A stretch of DNA of 63,784 bases, the filler included, from Reticulomyxa filosa (Eukaryota; Protista; Foraminifera), in NCBI GenBank assembly GCA_000512085.1. It is 17 parts of 17 records of this genome, joined end to end, with 100 filler letters (N's around TTAATTAATTAA, not from the genome) between each part and the next. Parts side by side here need not be neighbours in the genome. Positions count along the whole stretch, not along the records: positions 47,803 to 51,165 come from ASPP01028022.1; positions 51,266 to 52,284 come from ASPP01036554.1; positions 52,385 to 53,520 come from ASPP01002027.1; positions 53,621 to 56,768 come from ASPP01013152.1; positions 56,869 to 58,222 come from ASPP01045552.1; positions 58,323 to 59,803 come from ASPP01050501.1; positions 59,904 to 61,357 come from ASPP01003393.1; 10 more parts are not named here. The stretch is one strand, 5' to 3'. A program made the position numbers and the translations under genes. The notes under the pieces are model-generated. The model did not search any database and was not told the DNA's origin. It saw only the letters and a program-made list of their open reading frames with translations. Positions 49,441-60,595 of this stretch are shown here, one piece after another. The number at the start of each line of letters is the position of its first letter. Position 1 is the first letter of the stretch.

Positions 49441-50795
49441 ATGTCAACGCAACTATCCTTGGTAAGATTCTTTTCCATCTTTCCAGAGGTTAGCTGTCTT
49501 TAGGTTTTTTCTTGTACGTGGTTTGTGTTTGCGATTGGATCAGCTAGAAGAAGAAAAGATCCAAAAAATTATCCAATATTGGATTCAAATATCAAACATT
49601 AAATTAGGATGGATCCAGGATTTCGACAGACTTGTTGTTAAATATGTTAAGTTTGTTTGTTTCAATGGCATATTTATTTGTTATTTTATTGTATTCACAA
49701 TTTATGCAGGCAACTAAATTCTTCATGTTTGAGGTGTTTCGTTCATCATTCAAATTTCTCAAAACTTTCAATGGACACAAAGATAGTGTGAAAAGTATTG
49801 ATTATTCGACATTTGGTGATGATCAATTCATTTGTTCTGGATCAGACGATAAAACAGTTTGTGTATGGGATGTAGACACCGGTAAATATATTCAATCATT
49901 CGATGGACATTCAAGTTATGTGTATTGTGTGAAATTTTCAAAATATCATTATTATAACAATCGTAGTAACATTGCTTGTTCTTCATCAAGTGACAATACC
50001 ATTCGTTTTTGGGATATCAAAAAGAATAAACAATTCAAAATATTCAATGGACACACAAAAGGAGTTTATTGCATTGAATTTTCACCATTTAATGATTGCA
50101 AATATTTGTGCTCTGGATCCGGTGATAAAACAATTCGCTTATGGGATGTTGAAGAATCCGAATCGGTGCATGTTTTCAATGGACATACAGATTCTGTTTG
50201 GTGTTTGGATATTTCACCATTACGAAGTAATAATAAGAATGAAAGTAATCATATTGGAATAATTGGTGGCAATGGGTATACCATTTGTTCTGGATCAAAT
50301 GATAAAACTATTCGAGTATGGGATATTGAAACAATCAAACAATTAAATGTATTCAGAGGACATAGAAATACAGTAAATAGTGTAAAATATGGACCAAATG
50401 AATTCGGAATTAATGATGCAAATACAATATTATCTGGATCATTGGATCACAGTGTTCGTTTATGGGATATTCGATCTGGTAGACAAATTCAAGTATTCAA
50501 TGAACATGAACTTAGAGTTAATGTTGTTGAATATTTACCACTTGTAGCCAATAAAGAAGTTGGTTATAGTCCAAATGTGATATGTGCTGGATCAGGTGAT
50601 AATACAATCCGATTTTGGGATATTCGATCAAATAAGAATGAATTGTATAAAATTTGTGGAGATGATAGAGAATATTATGGAGTATTATGTCTTAAATTTG
50701 CATCGTTGAAAGAGAAAGGAAAGAATAATGAAAAATCAAATGGATTTCATTTATATTATGGCTCAGGACGTGGTCCACTTTATGTTTGGGGATGA
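49441..50795 (+). CDS. Lineage-expanded WD40-repeat protein (7 blades) with an N-terminal helical module; two GTT-AG introns near the 5' end
   Basis: Exon 1 49441-49488, exon 2 LEEEKIQKIIQYWIQISNIKLGWIQDFDRLVVKY, exon 3 with six clear WD repeats plus a degenerate terminal blade ending YGSGRGPLYVWG. Confidence 0.92.
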
Positions 50796-52424
50796 ACATA
50801 CACAAATTTTTTTAATCACTTCAATTTTCGCGAAGCGAAAGAGATAGATGTGTGTGTTGAGGCATAGCTTCAATGCAACTTGAAATTGTGTGAACGGTGT
50901 TGCTTTTTTTTATTTCATATATGATAAATATTACACAATTAAAAATACAGTTTGGATTGAGGCTTCCAAAATGCTTCACAACTTGGATGTTAAAAATCAA
51001 TCTTTTTCTATCAATAAATTGATTTTCTACTTGTTTATAGTATTTCAGTTATAATGTAATTGAGCATTTTCTCCAAAGCCAGTTTCGAATTGTTAGCTCT
51101 TATTGTAATATTTCACTACTAGATACAGTAGATTGCAAAAAAAACTGCCATACCTAAATGGCACTNNNNNNNNNNNNNNNNNNNNNNNNNNNNNNNNNNN
51201 NNNNNNNNNTTAATTAATTAANNNNNNNNNNNNNNNNNNNNNNNNNNNNNNNNNNNNNNNNNNNNTTTTTCATGAGCATTTTTTTTTTCTTCCATTAAAT
51301 TTTTTAATCCACTGTTATTTACCTGTATTTTGATTTGAAGATTAATGTGTATGATATTGATGATATGCTCGATGTGGACGTGAAAATATTCATTGCCTGC
51401 ATTTTTGTATGTACACTTTCATTTGATTGTGTTGGGTCGGATCATTAAGATGCTTTGGTGAATGAGTATACGTGAGTTTTTTAATTGCATCAACGATAAT
51501 TTTCTTACATTGTTACAGAATTGTGGAGATTGTACATCCATCCACATTTTCGATTTTTGTGTGTGCCTGAGAGAGTAGCTGACAAACGTATTCAATGATG
51601 TTGTTGTGTACATGTTGCCGTGATTATTCGAATGCATTTGCACGTTTTCCTTTGGACTGTCTTTGGTCACATATTTTGCACTTAACACAACCAGAACTAC
51701 AACTAAGACTTGCAATGTTGTAAATATATTTTCATACACCAGCGACGAGTCCATGTTGCCGTTTAGAGAGACAAGTTTCCACGCAATCGTTTCTCCTTTG
51801 TTTGCCCCCTCTTTTACCGGGCATTTTGAAATGGAAATACGTCAAATGATAATAACAAAATAAGTCTTAGAAAATGATTTCAGAATCAAAAGTAATAATC
51901 AATTTTCTTTTTTTTTTTTTGAAAAAGTTATGTTCTTTGTGAATGTACTCGCACAAATTCAAAATAAAACGAGGTCAATATAGTCCTTCTCCTTCAAAGA
52001 AAAATCACAAACAAAATTGTGCTAATCGCTCAACTGAATATTTTTGCTAATAAATTGCCTCATCTTAATTTTTTTAAGCTACAAACAACAAAAAGCAAGA
52101 GGCAGTTAAGGTTAGTCGCAATCATTACAAAAAAAAAGTCCAAGCAACAAAAAATAAAAAGAAATCAAATATCACAATTTTGATTTGCCTTTTTTTTTGC
52201 TTTCCAAGACAAATCAGCTGCCGGCCTTGCTTTTCGCAGTAAAGTCTTTTTTTACTCTATTTTTTAAACACATGCCAATAAAAANNNNNNNNNNNNNNNN
52301 NNNNNNNNNNNNNNNNNNNNNNNNNNNNTTAATTAATTAANNNNNNNNNNNNNNNNNNNNNNNNNNNNNNNNNNNNNNNNNNNNTTTTTAAAAACCCGGA
52401 ATTCAAACCCTTTCGGTTCCAACT

Positions 52425-53462
52425 ATGCGTCGATACGTTAGTGTCAAAAAAGCAAGAAATGCTTCTAAAGTACATGAGTGTAGAAAGTGGGATTGTAGAA
52501 AAGACACACCCGTTTTGTGTTTGTTGACCGCAGCATTTGCGAGCCTTTTTTTTCATAGCTATTTGTTATCGTTTGTGGCAATGTATTGGAATGATATGTA
52601 TGATAATGTTGTTTTGTATTGGTGGGATTACGTTTTACTTGCAACGTACATGACACTGGTGCAAATATGTATCTATGGGTCCATCACGATAGCAGAAGAG
52701 TACAAGCAAAAGAAGCACTCCATATCTAAACCCAATAAGTATTGGAGCGTAATATTGTTGCGTGCTGTGGTTTCATGTATGTTAGCAGTAATGACTGTGT
52801 GGTGTTCGTTAGGAGTGACAATAGCGTTAGTAGGTTACCTGTATTGGTACGACATCATAGCAACCTACATACTAAATTCGGTGTTTGCATCCGGGAGTGT
52901 AGCTCAATTCTTACACAATTTATTTGAGGTATTGCAAATAGGAACGCGGAGCACGACAAAGTCCGAATTGGCAATGTATATATTCGAGTGCCATTTGAAC
53001 AAGAATTTGATCCTATTATACAACTACGGCATGTCCCAGGATCCAATCTTGGACTCATTGTTGAAAGAAATCGATTTTTTTTTTCGAAGCATTTACAATC
53101 CAACCAAGTCTTATCCCATCGAGAAACGTGCCAACGCATCCCCTTTGCAGAGGTTATTTGGACGTACAAAAGCATTCCTTCTAGGCATTGTGTTGGCATA
53201 TTTGATCTATGCTGCATACTTTTGTATACGTTTCTATTTCATTAATCCGGCGCAATTTGTGCAATTCCCTACCAACAATTGGTATCAATCGTACATATCG
53301 GGGTTCGTTATCGTAAACATAATTTGTCACTGCACTTTTGTCTGTATCTTATTATGGATATTGCTTCAATCCCTTCTTTTCCAATACACCCCCAAACTGC
53401 AGTATATCGACTACCGAACACGTTTGTTGCTTGAAAGTTTTGGAGAACTTTACTTTGAATAA
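52425..53462 (+). CDS. Multi-pass membrane protein of unknown function
   Basis: Uninterrupted 345-aa ORF with about 5-6 hydrophobic segments; may be 5'-partial. Confidence 0.6.
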   Translation: MRRYVSVKKARNASKVHECRKWDCRKDTPVLCLLTAAFASLFFHSYLLSFVAMYWNDMYDNVVLYWWDYVLLATYMTLVQICIYGSITIAEEYKQKKHSISKPNKYWSVILLRAVVSCMLAVMTVWCSLGVTIALVGYLYWYDIIATYILNSVFASGSVAQFLHNLFEVLQIGTRSTTKSELAMYIFECHLNKNLILLYNYGMSQDPILDSLLKEIDFFFRSIYNPTKSYPIEKRANASPLQRLFGRTKAFLLGIVLAYLIYAAYFCIRFYFINPAQFVQFPTNNWYQSYISGFVIVNIICHCTFVCILLWILLQSLLFQYTPKLQYIDYRTRLLLESFGELYFE

Positions 53463-53726
53463 ATAAATAAATAAATATTTGTTAATCAAATGCATGGACA
53501 TTAATACGACAATACACAAANNNNNNNNNNNNNNNNNNNNNNNNNNNNNNNNNNNNNNNNNNNNTTAATTAATTAANNNNNNNNNNNNNNNNNNNNNNNN
53601 NNNNNNNNNNNNNNNNNNNNCCCACGATACCCCCTTCGTTTTTTTTTTTTTTTTTTTTGAAGTTGTTATATTTTACATATATCTCTTATTTTTATGTATG
53701 TGTTTGACTTTTGGTGTTTGGTTCAG

Positions 53727-54955
53727 TTCCTTTGCTTCATTGGACGAGCGGCATCAGTGTTCCCCTTGTCTTACTTGTTGAACTTGAAACGCAAACATAC
53801 AATCCCGTTCAAACATCAATTGGTGTTTTGGTTTGGAGGGCTGAGAGGTCCTGTTGCCTTTGCTCTGGCGGCTGCTACTCCTGGTCATGCTCGTGATGTC
53901 ATCCTTACTACTACCAGTTGTGTATGTTGTTCACATTTCCTCCGCCCTCTCTCCCCTCCCTTTTTTTTTTTTTTTAAGGTCTGCAATTGCGTACACATGT
54001 ACGTTCACGTTTGTTCATACCCTGCTCACTAATTTTGTGATCGAATTAAAGTGTATCTATGGCCACTGTCACTTTTTTTTTTGTAGTGGTCTTTGTAACC
54101 TCGTTCCTCCATTCCCTCCCTCCTTGCTTCTCTTGCGTTGTTGGTATTTAGGAAAGTGTAGCAAAATCATGTGAACTGTGTCGGTGTTGTAAACAGTGTT
54201 TATAATCGCGGTGACAACGATATGTCTGGGAGGGCTGGCCTATCCATTCATCAAATTTGTGAAGCCGTCGATAATGAGAAGCACGATCCAAACGAGGACA
54301 AAGTCGTACGACATCAGTCATCATTGGTTTAATAAATTGGACCAACGTTTCTTGAAACCACTATTTGGTCCCGCCTATCGTCGTCCGGACATAGGCGATG
54401 CCAACGCCCATGGCCATGATCATGGCCACGATCACGATGCCAACGATACGCATCACGCTGAGAATGAACATAATGAAGTCAACACAAAACCAGAATTAGA
54501 ACTTGCTGATACTGAAATAATTACCAACGAAACCATGGTCGGTACTTCGATTGGAAATGCTGATCCCTCTTCTCCAAACAATGCTACAAACACAGAAGCC
54601 AATGAAAATGATGTACCCACGGAAGCAAAGAGCTCACAGCAAGAACCTGAAGTTTGTTTGATATATATATAATGTACATATATGTATATATATATTTTTT
54701 TTTTTTGCAACAAGAGAAAATATGTTTTTTTTACTTTTGAAATAAAAGATGAAGACATTGGAAGCACCAACGAAACCATTGGAGTATAGTAATGCCCGCA
54801 CTCAGCCAGTGTCGTACTTGGAAAATCCAAACGAATTAAGTCAGAGCGGAACTTGGGAAGAAAACCCTGTTGATACAAGTAAAGTGGACTCAGGTCACGT
54901 TGGTGCTGTTCCGAGCGTGTCTCCGCCTCCAAGAACAAAATATCAACAAACTTAA
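53727..54955 (+). CDS. Na+/H+ exchanger (CPA1/NHE-NHX family), 3' exons
   Basis: GRAASVFPLSYLLN, WFGGLRGPVAFALA, TTT|MFIIAVTTICLGG and HWFNKLDQRFLKPLF, followed by a His-rich disordered tail. Exons are joined by GT-AG introns. Confidence 0.9.
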
Positions 54956-55536
54956 ATTGTTTTGTTTTGGTTTGTTTTTTAAACAACTTTTATTACTCTT
55001 CAACATCCAATTTTTACAAACAAAATCAAGCTGCTTTTTTGTGCACGCTAAAAAAAAATTTGAGTTTACCAGGCTGCACTGGTTATGAGGAGGGGCGGAA
55101 GGTTGCCAATTTTGTTTGTATGATGAGTTTGGTTTTTTTTAGGGTAATTTTTTGTTGTGAGTTGATTGAGTGTTTTGTGTGGATACTTTCTTTTTTTTTT
55201 GTGTATTCACACAAACCTTTAGCCACCAGGCAACAAATTTGGGTTTTGTATGTTTGATCGAACACCTTTTTAAAAATCTTGCAACTGAAAGACTGTTATT
55301 TTGTATTGTTTTTCTTTAAAGTTCAAATTTGAAATATTGTAATTGACTATTGCAATATATGATGTCATGAATTTTCAATTCGTAATTTTTTCATTTTTAC
55401 ACTGAATTGGTTATTTTCTTTTAAAATTGCCCAGTAGAAAAGGATTTTTAAAAATGAAATAATATTTTTTGGATATAAATCTTTTTTTAGGAGTAATGAT
55501 ATGCTTGTCTAAAAGCAAGAAAAGAGAGAACGAAAT

Positions 55537-56699
55537 TTATTTTTTGTTGACAGAGTGATTTTGAGTTTCTGGAGCAATGTCACTACAAAATTTTGGAGGA
55601 ACATTAAGTGAAAGCAAGGTTTTGCTTTGGTCAGAGTCAAATTTGGACATGATTCCATACAAAGGGATGCAGATAACTTGATATTTCATAGCTCGCAGTT
55701 GTTTAACAGATTTGGCAAAAACTCCAAGTTTGTTTTCACTTCGAAGGATAGCATCGTACCATTGTTTCCCTCCTCCGCGTATGGAAGGATCCAAAATCAA
55801 AAACTTGACCATACCGGTTTTCTTGTGTCGCATCATTCCAATGATGGTTCGACTGTGGCCCTCATGTTGCAAGTACAATGGAAAGCAGGGTTTGGTCGAG
55901 GTACTCGCCGCACTATCTTGTTTCAGGTCACTGCACGTGCAATTCGAAGAAAAAGAGGGACAAGGATTTTCTTTTGCATCGATAGCAATGGCACTTTGAC
56001 TTTTTTTAGTTTGCGAATTGTTATCATTCATTTTATTGTTATTGTCATTGTTATTCTCATTGTCGTGGACACAAAAATCGAGTATACTCATTTGATTGGA
56101 TGGAAGGGCTGTTGTTGGTAAAGAATACTTTTGTTGGAAACAAAATGTACACAGTTGATGGCAACCGATTTTGTGATGGCTTCTCGACACGAAATATTCC
56201 CAACACCAATCTAACAGAGCATAATGCCACAAACGCTGTCTCCCGGTAGGTTCCTTCTTTTGAGTTTGTTCTTTGTTTTTTTTTTTCTCTTGTTTTTATT
56301 CTTGTTTTGATTTTGGTTTTGGTTTTGGTTTTGATTTGTGTTTGCATTTTTATCGTTCATTGGCTCGCCTTTATCATTATCATTGTCATTATCAATGTCA
56401 ATATCAAAGCCATTGTCATTATGATTATCCTTATTCTCGTTTGCATGACCTTTTTCGTCATCGCCATTAGTTTTTGGCAAAAAAAAAGAGTAAATGCACG
56501 CGGGAATGCCAAAAGATCGCAGCATTGCGGACACATCCACAGCTCCAATCCAAGTGCGACTATCTTGCAGCTGCCCTAGCTCCAACAGGCCTTGCACATC
56601 AAATCCTTGACTGTGAGAATAGTCGAGAAATTTTTGGATATCATTTATCGCAGGAACATAACCCAGTCCATGAAATAACATTTTCTTGTACACATTCAC
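55537..56699 (-). CDS. ZUP1: ZUP1/ZUFSP/Mug105-type C78 deubiquitinase, 5'-partial, with a frameshift in the A-run at 56276-56286
   Basis: VPAINDIQ…GFDVQG…WIGAVDVSAMLRSFGI; LLDWCWEYF; PLYLQHEGHSRTIIG (catalytic His); LILDPS (catalytic Asp); QLRAMKYQVI. Confidence 0.85.
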
Positions 56700-58322
56700 A
56701 TTCTCATTATTATTATTATTGTTATTATTATTATTGTTGTTATTATTATTGTTATTATTATTATTATTNNNNNNNNNNNNNNNNNNNNNNNNNNNNNNNN
56801 NNNNNNNNNNNNTTAATTAATTAANNNNNNNNNNNNNNNNNNNNNNNNNNNNNNNNNNNNNNNNNNNNTGTGAAGAAAGATTGACTGGACTAGCATTTTA
56901 TTTTATTTTTTTTCCTCCCTCTTTCCAAAGATATCGAAATCGAGCAAAGAGTAGTGAGACATTTGCGAAACGCCATGAAAACCGTAACGATCTCGAATAT
57001 CTAAGAGAAGATACGCGACAAGAAAAATGTAGCTATCGATGCTGGTGAAAGGATAGCAAAATAATTCGGCAGAACATACGGACATCCAAATGACGATTGC
57101 AACACTGACACCGATAAACGATGTCACAATGAAAGATGGACACCAAGCCAATAGAAGAAAAACAGCAAAATGCAAGATACAAACGTAAATATGAGTGTGT
57201 GTGTGTGACAAAGATAAGACTGTCATTGCACACTATGACAACAACGATGTGTCAAATGTGACTGAAAACAATAATAGCAATAACGAAACTTTATTGCAAA
57301 CTTGTAACACTAAAGGCTCCATCATTCGCGCATAAACATTGTCCACCACTTCCTATGGCAAGTTGTGCTCGCAATAGTAATGGAAATAATAACATTGCCA
57401 ATCAACATTTGCAGGAAATGAGCGGGCGATACAAAAAAAAGGTGTTGTTGATGAAATGGTCCTTGCAAAAGGGGTTATGTGTGTATTGTAAAAAGCGTCA
57501 ACGAAAAACGAATCCAAGAAAATGTTGATATATGGGAACTGGGATATCAACAACAAGGATATTAAGTTTTTTGATTGTTTGAATGAAAACTTCAATTGCA
57601 CTTTGGGATTCCAACAAAGGAAAACATGGATGATTTTTAGATTGTGTTTTGTTTTTTTTTGGCACTTTTCAAAATATTTATTCATTTTATTTTTAAACGG
57701 AGGATGAAGCCAATTGAATGCAAATCCATTCTTGTAATGGCAGAATGACCAGAAGAGAAAAAAAGCGGCGTTGTTCTTCACAAGTGGGCAATCAAAGAAT
57801 CAAGGATGATATAAATTCCCTTAAAATTTGAAGCAGGTTTGTGTTCATTGGCAAATCTTTGATGTTTCATATCCACTTTTTTTTATTTCAGTGAACATGT
57901 CCCAAATTTAATCTTCTGTAAGATCTTTCAGTTTAGCAAACTCTTCAATCAAAATTCTTTGCACGCCACATCGCAGAAAAGTTGTCATTGTTTATCAGGG
58001 ACTTTCTGTACAAACACAAAAATATATTAGAAAAAAAATACATATATGTGTACATATATATATGTATATATATATATTTACTAATTAACATAACTTCACA
58101 ATCTATGAACAGCAACAACATTGCGTACACTAAAATACAGAATATATTAAGTTATAATTGCGTGTGCCTCGTTCATTCATTTTAATGATACATGTGTAAC
58201 AGCACGATCGCGATCTTTTAACNNNNNNNNNNNNNNNNNNNNNNNNNNNNNNNNNNNNNNNNNNNNTTAATTAATTAANNNNNNNNNNNNNNNNNNNNNN
58301 NNNNNNNNNNNNNNNNNNNNNN

Positions 58323-59745
58323 CATTATAATGAGAAGTTTCGAAAATACACATAATACAAAAGACGCCGATATTCTCTTCAAAATCTTACAAATTGTGCC
58401 GTCTATATCTGATGGTAATATGAACAAAATATTAAACAATGCACATCTTGCAAATGACATCCGATTCTTACCTTCCCTCATCCGCTTCATCAAGGTCTGT
58501 TGTTGTTGTTGTTGTCATTTATTCACTTATGCCAATGACTTTCTTTTTTTTTGGTTTAGAGCGTACCATCTTCAGAAACAAGACAAGAACATTGGAACAC
58601 CCTATTTTTGAGTTGGCTGCGCCTCGAAAACAATTTCTCCGAATGCGTGAAGCGTATTGTCGAGAATGACTTGGAGTGGGAGGTGTTTATCTCGATTTAT
58701 AATCGAGACAGAAATGCTCAATTGTTAAAGCAATGGCAAACCCCTTTTACAGAAACATTGCGCATACTATCCACGCCATCCATGCCCATGACATGTTATT
58801 CTTTTCGTTGTCATCTATATATACACATATATATGTATATGTATATGTTTATATGTTAATGTATATGCTGCTCTCAAATAAATCAGTGAAGGGACAAATA
58901 ATCCGATCGATAACGCAAAAATGGACGACAAAGTATTGTCGAGAAAAAGAGGTGATAGGATTAGATGCAGCAGAGCGCAGTGAGTGCATCAAGATAGTGC
59001 GAATATGGGTCGATGTTGAGTCTCAACACAAACTTGCCAACGCGTTGATAGATCAATTATTGGACGATTTTCATCTATTTTATCAAAGAGATCCTAACGA
59101 GATTATGAACTTTGTGTCATCTGAGGAAGGTTTAGAATTATTTCAGCTAACTTGTTTTTTTTTTTTTTTTTTAAAATTTAGTTAATTAACCTTTTTAACA
59201 TATATGTATGTATATGTACATTTTTTTTTTTTAAAACAGTTTTTTGCAGCAAATTAGTCAAAAAATAAAAATGAGCGTATTTGACCACTTTTATCATTGG
59301 TTTGAGCAGCTGTGCAGAAATATCGTGAAAGGTGGTGTAAGTGTGGCCACGATGGAAATGCTGCTAACCAACGCGAGATTGGAAAAGTTATTGAAATTGC
59401 GGGAAGGAATGGTCAACAGTGACACCACAGTCAATATCAACAAGATAAGGGATTTGGCCAAGAAATACGAGCAAGTCAAAGCCAATCGTGAGCTCTTGGA
59501 AACGTTTTTCAAACGTAGTGGCATCGGGCTCATGTGGTTTGGCAATGAGTTGCAAACGTTGCACGAATTGAGCATGCAAATGACAACTGCTCACAATTGG
59601 CATGAAATCACATTGCAACAAGCTCTTAAATATGACTGGTCTATGTTTCAAACACACAAAAACATTTTCGATGCCTTTGACAAAGTCCAAGCCTCGGATA
59701 TCTCTTTGTCCATGTGGAAGGCCATGATCACAGAAAAAGTCAATA
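58323..59745 (+). CDS. Internal exons of a large alpha-helical protein, possibly RNF213-like
   Basis: Co-oriented ORFs separated by microsatellite-rich introns. WFEQLCRNIVKGGVSVATMEML weakly recalls an RNF213 stalk motif. Confidence 0.4.
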
Positions 59746-60012
59746 TGTGGAGCATTGTATGTTATATATACATATACACATATCTGTATATATGTACATA
59801 TATNNNNNNNNNNNNNNNNNNNNNNNNNNNNNNNNNNNNNNNNNNNNTTAATTAATTAANNNNNNNNNNNNNNNNNNNNNNNNNNNNNNNNNNNNNNNNN
59901 NNNTTATTATTATTATTATTATTATTATTATTGTTGTTGTTGTTATATATTTGCCACACTATTTTTCATGTTTTATCCACACGTTTTTGCATTTACAAAA
60001 TAAAATAAAAAG

Positions 60013-60595
60013 GTATAGTCAGGTTGTATGATGTGCGAACTCATTCGGTTGTGAATATGTATGATCCCAACAACTATCCTTTTTCGCATCAAAACTACGT
60101 TACTGTGGATGACGAAAATAAGGAAGAAATTCTTAAAGCAGGTTTTGTACGTGCATTGCACTTAATAATACCCTCTTTTTTTTTTTTAATTAAAAAATCT
60201 CTTACAAAAAAAAAAAAAAAAAAAAAAAAGCGGATGAGGTGTCACCTTTGAAACCTCCAGTGATCCGTCATCGTACGTCTGGCAGTGATGTATTGAATAT
60301 GACAACCATGACAACGATAGCGAGAACAAAAAGCGAAGGCAATGTACAGAAAGGCGGGTCAACGCATTATGAAGTGAAAGACTTTTCTTTGAGTCAAAGT
60401 GGTGCAGTGCTGTGTGTGGGATATAAAAATCAAAAGCAATGCATTCTATGGAATACTTTGACTGGCAAGCAACTTGACAGATTAACACATCCCGACAAGT
60501 TTGGGCGTGTCTGTTTATCTCATGATGGACAAGTTTTTGCCACGACTTGTTATGACAATGATATTCGTCTATGGACAACTTCTGGTCGCAAATAA
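60013..60595 (+). CDS. Divergent heterotrimeric G-protein beta subunit-like WD40 protein, 3' exons (60013-60141, 60231-60595)
   Basis: VRLYDVR…FSLSQSGAVLCVGYKN..CILWNTL…LTH….VCLSHDGQVFATTCYDNDIRLW parallels the G-beta motifs CRLFDLR…FSKSGRLLLAGYDD..CNVWD.L…DGMAVATGSWDS.LKIW. Confidence 0.7.

Noticed and set aside
47803-50795. Diversity-generating retroelement acting on the WD40 genes, given the retroelement on the neighbouring contig
   Set aside because: There is no near-identical template/variable repeat pair and no adenine-specific mismatch pattern. The retroelement is LINE-like and lies across an artificial linker.
51419-51830. Possible PH-domain fragment (KRGG…WTRRW) on the minus strand
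   Set aside because: The motifs lie in different frames among stop codons; too weak to call.
56869-58222. Coding-like plus-strand fragments
   Set aside because: I could not assemble a consistent frame or recognise a family.
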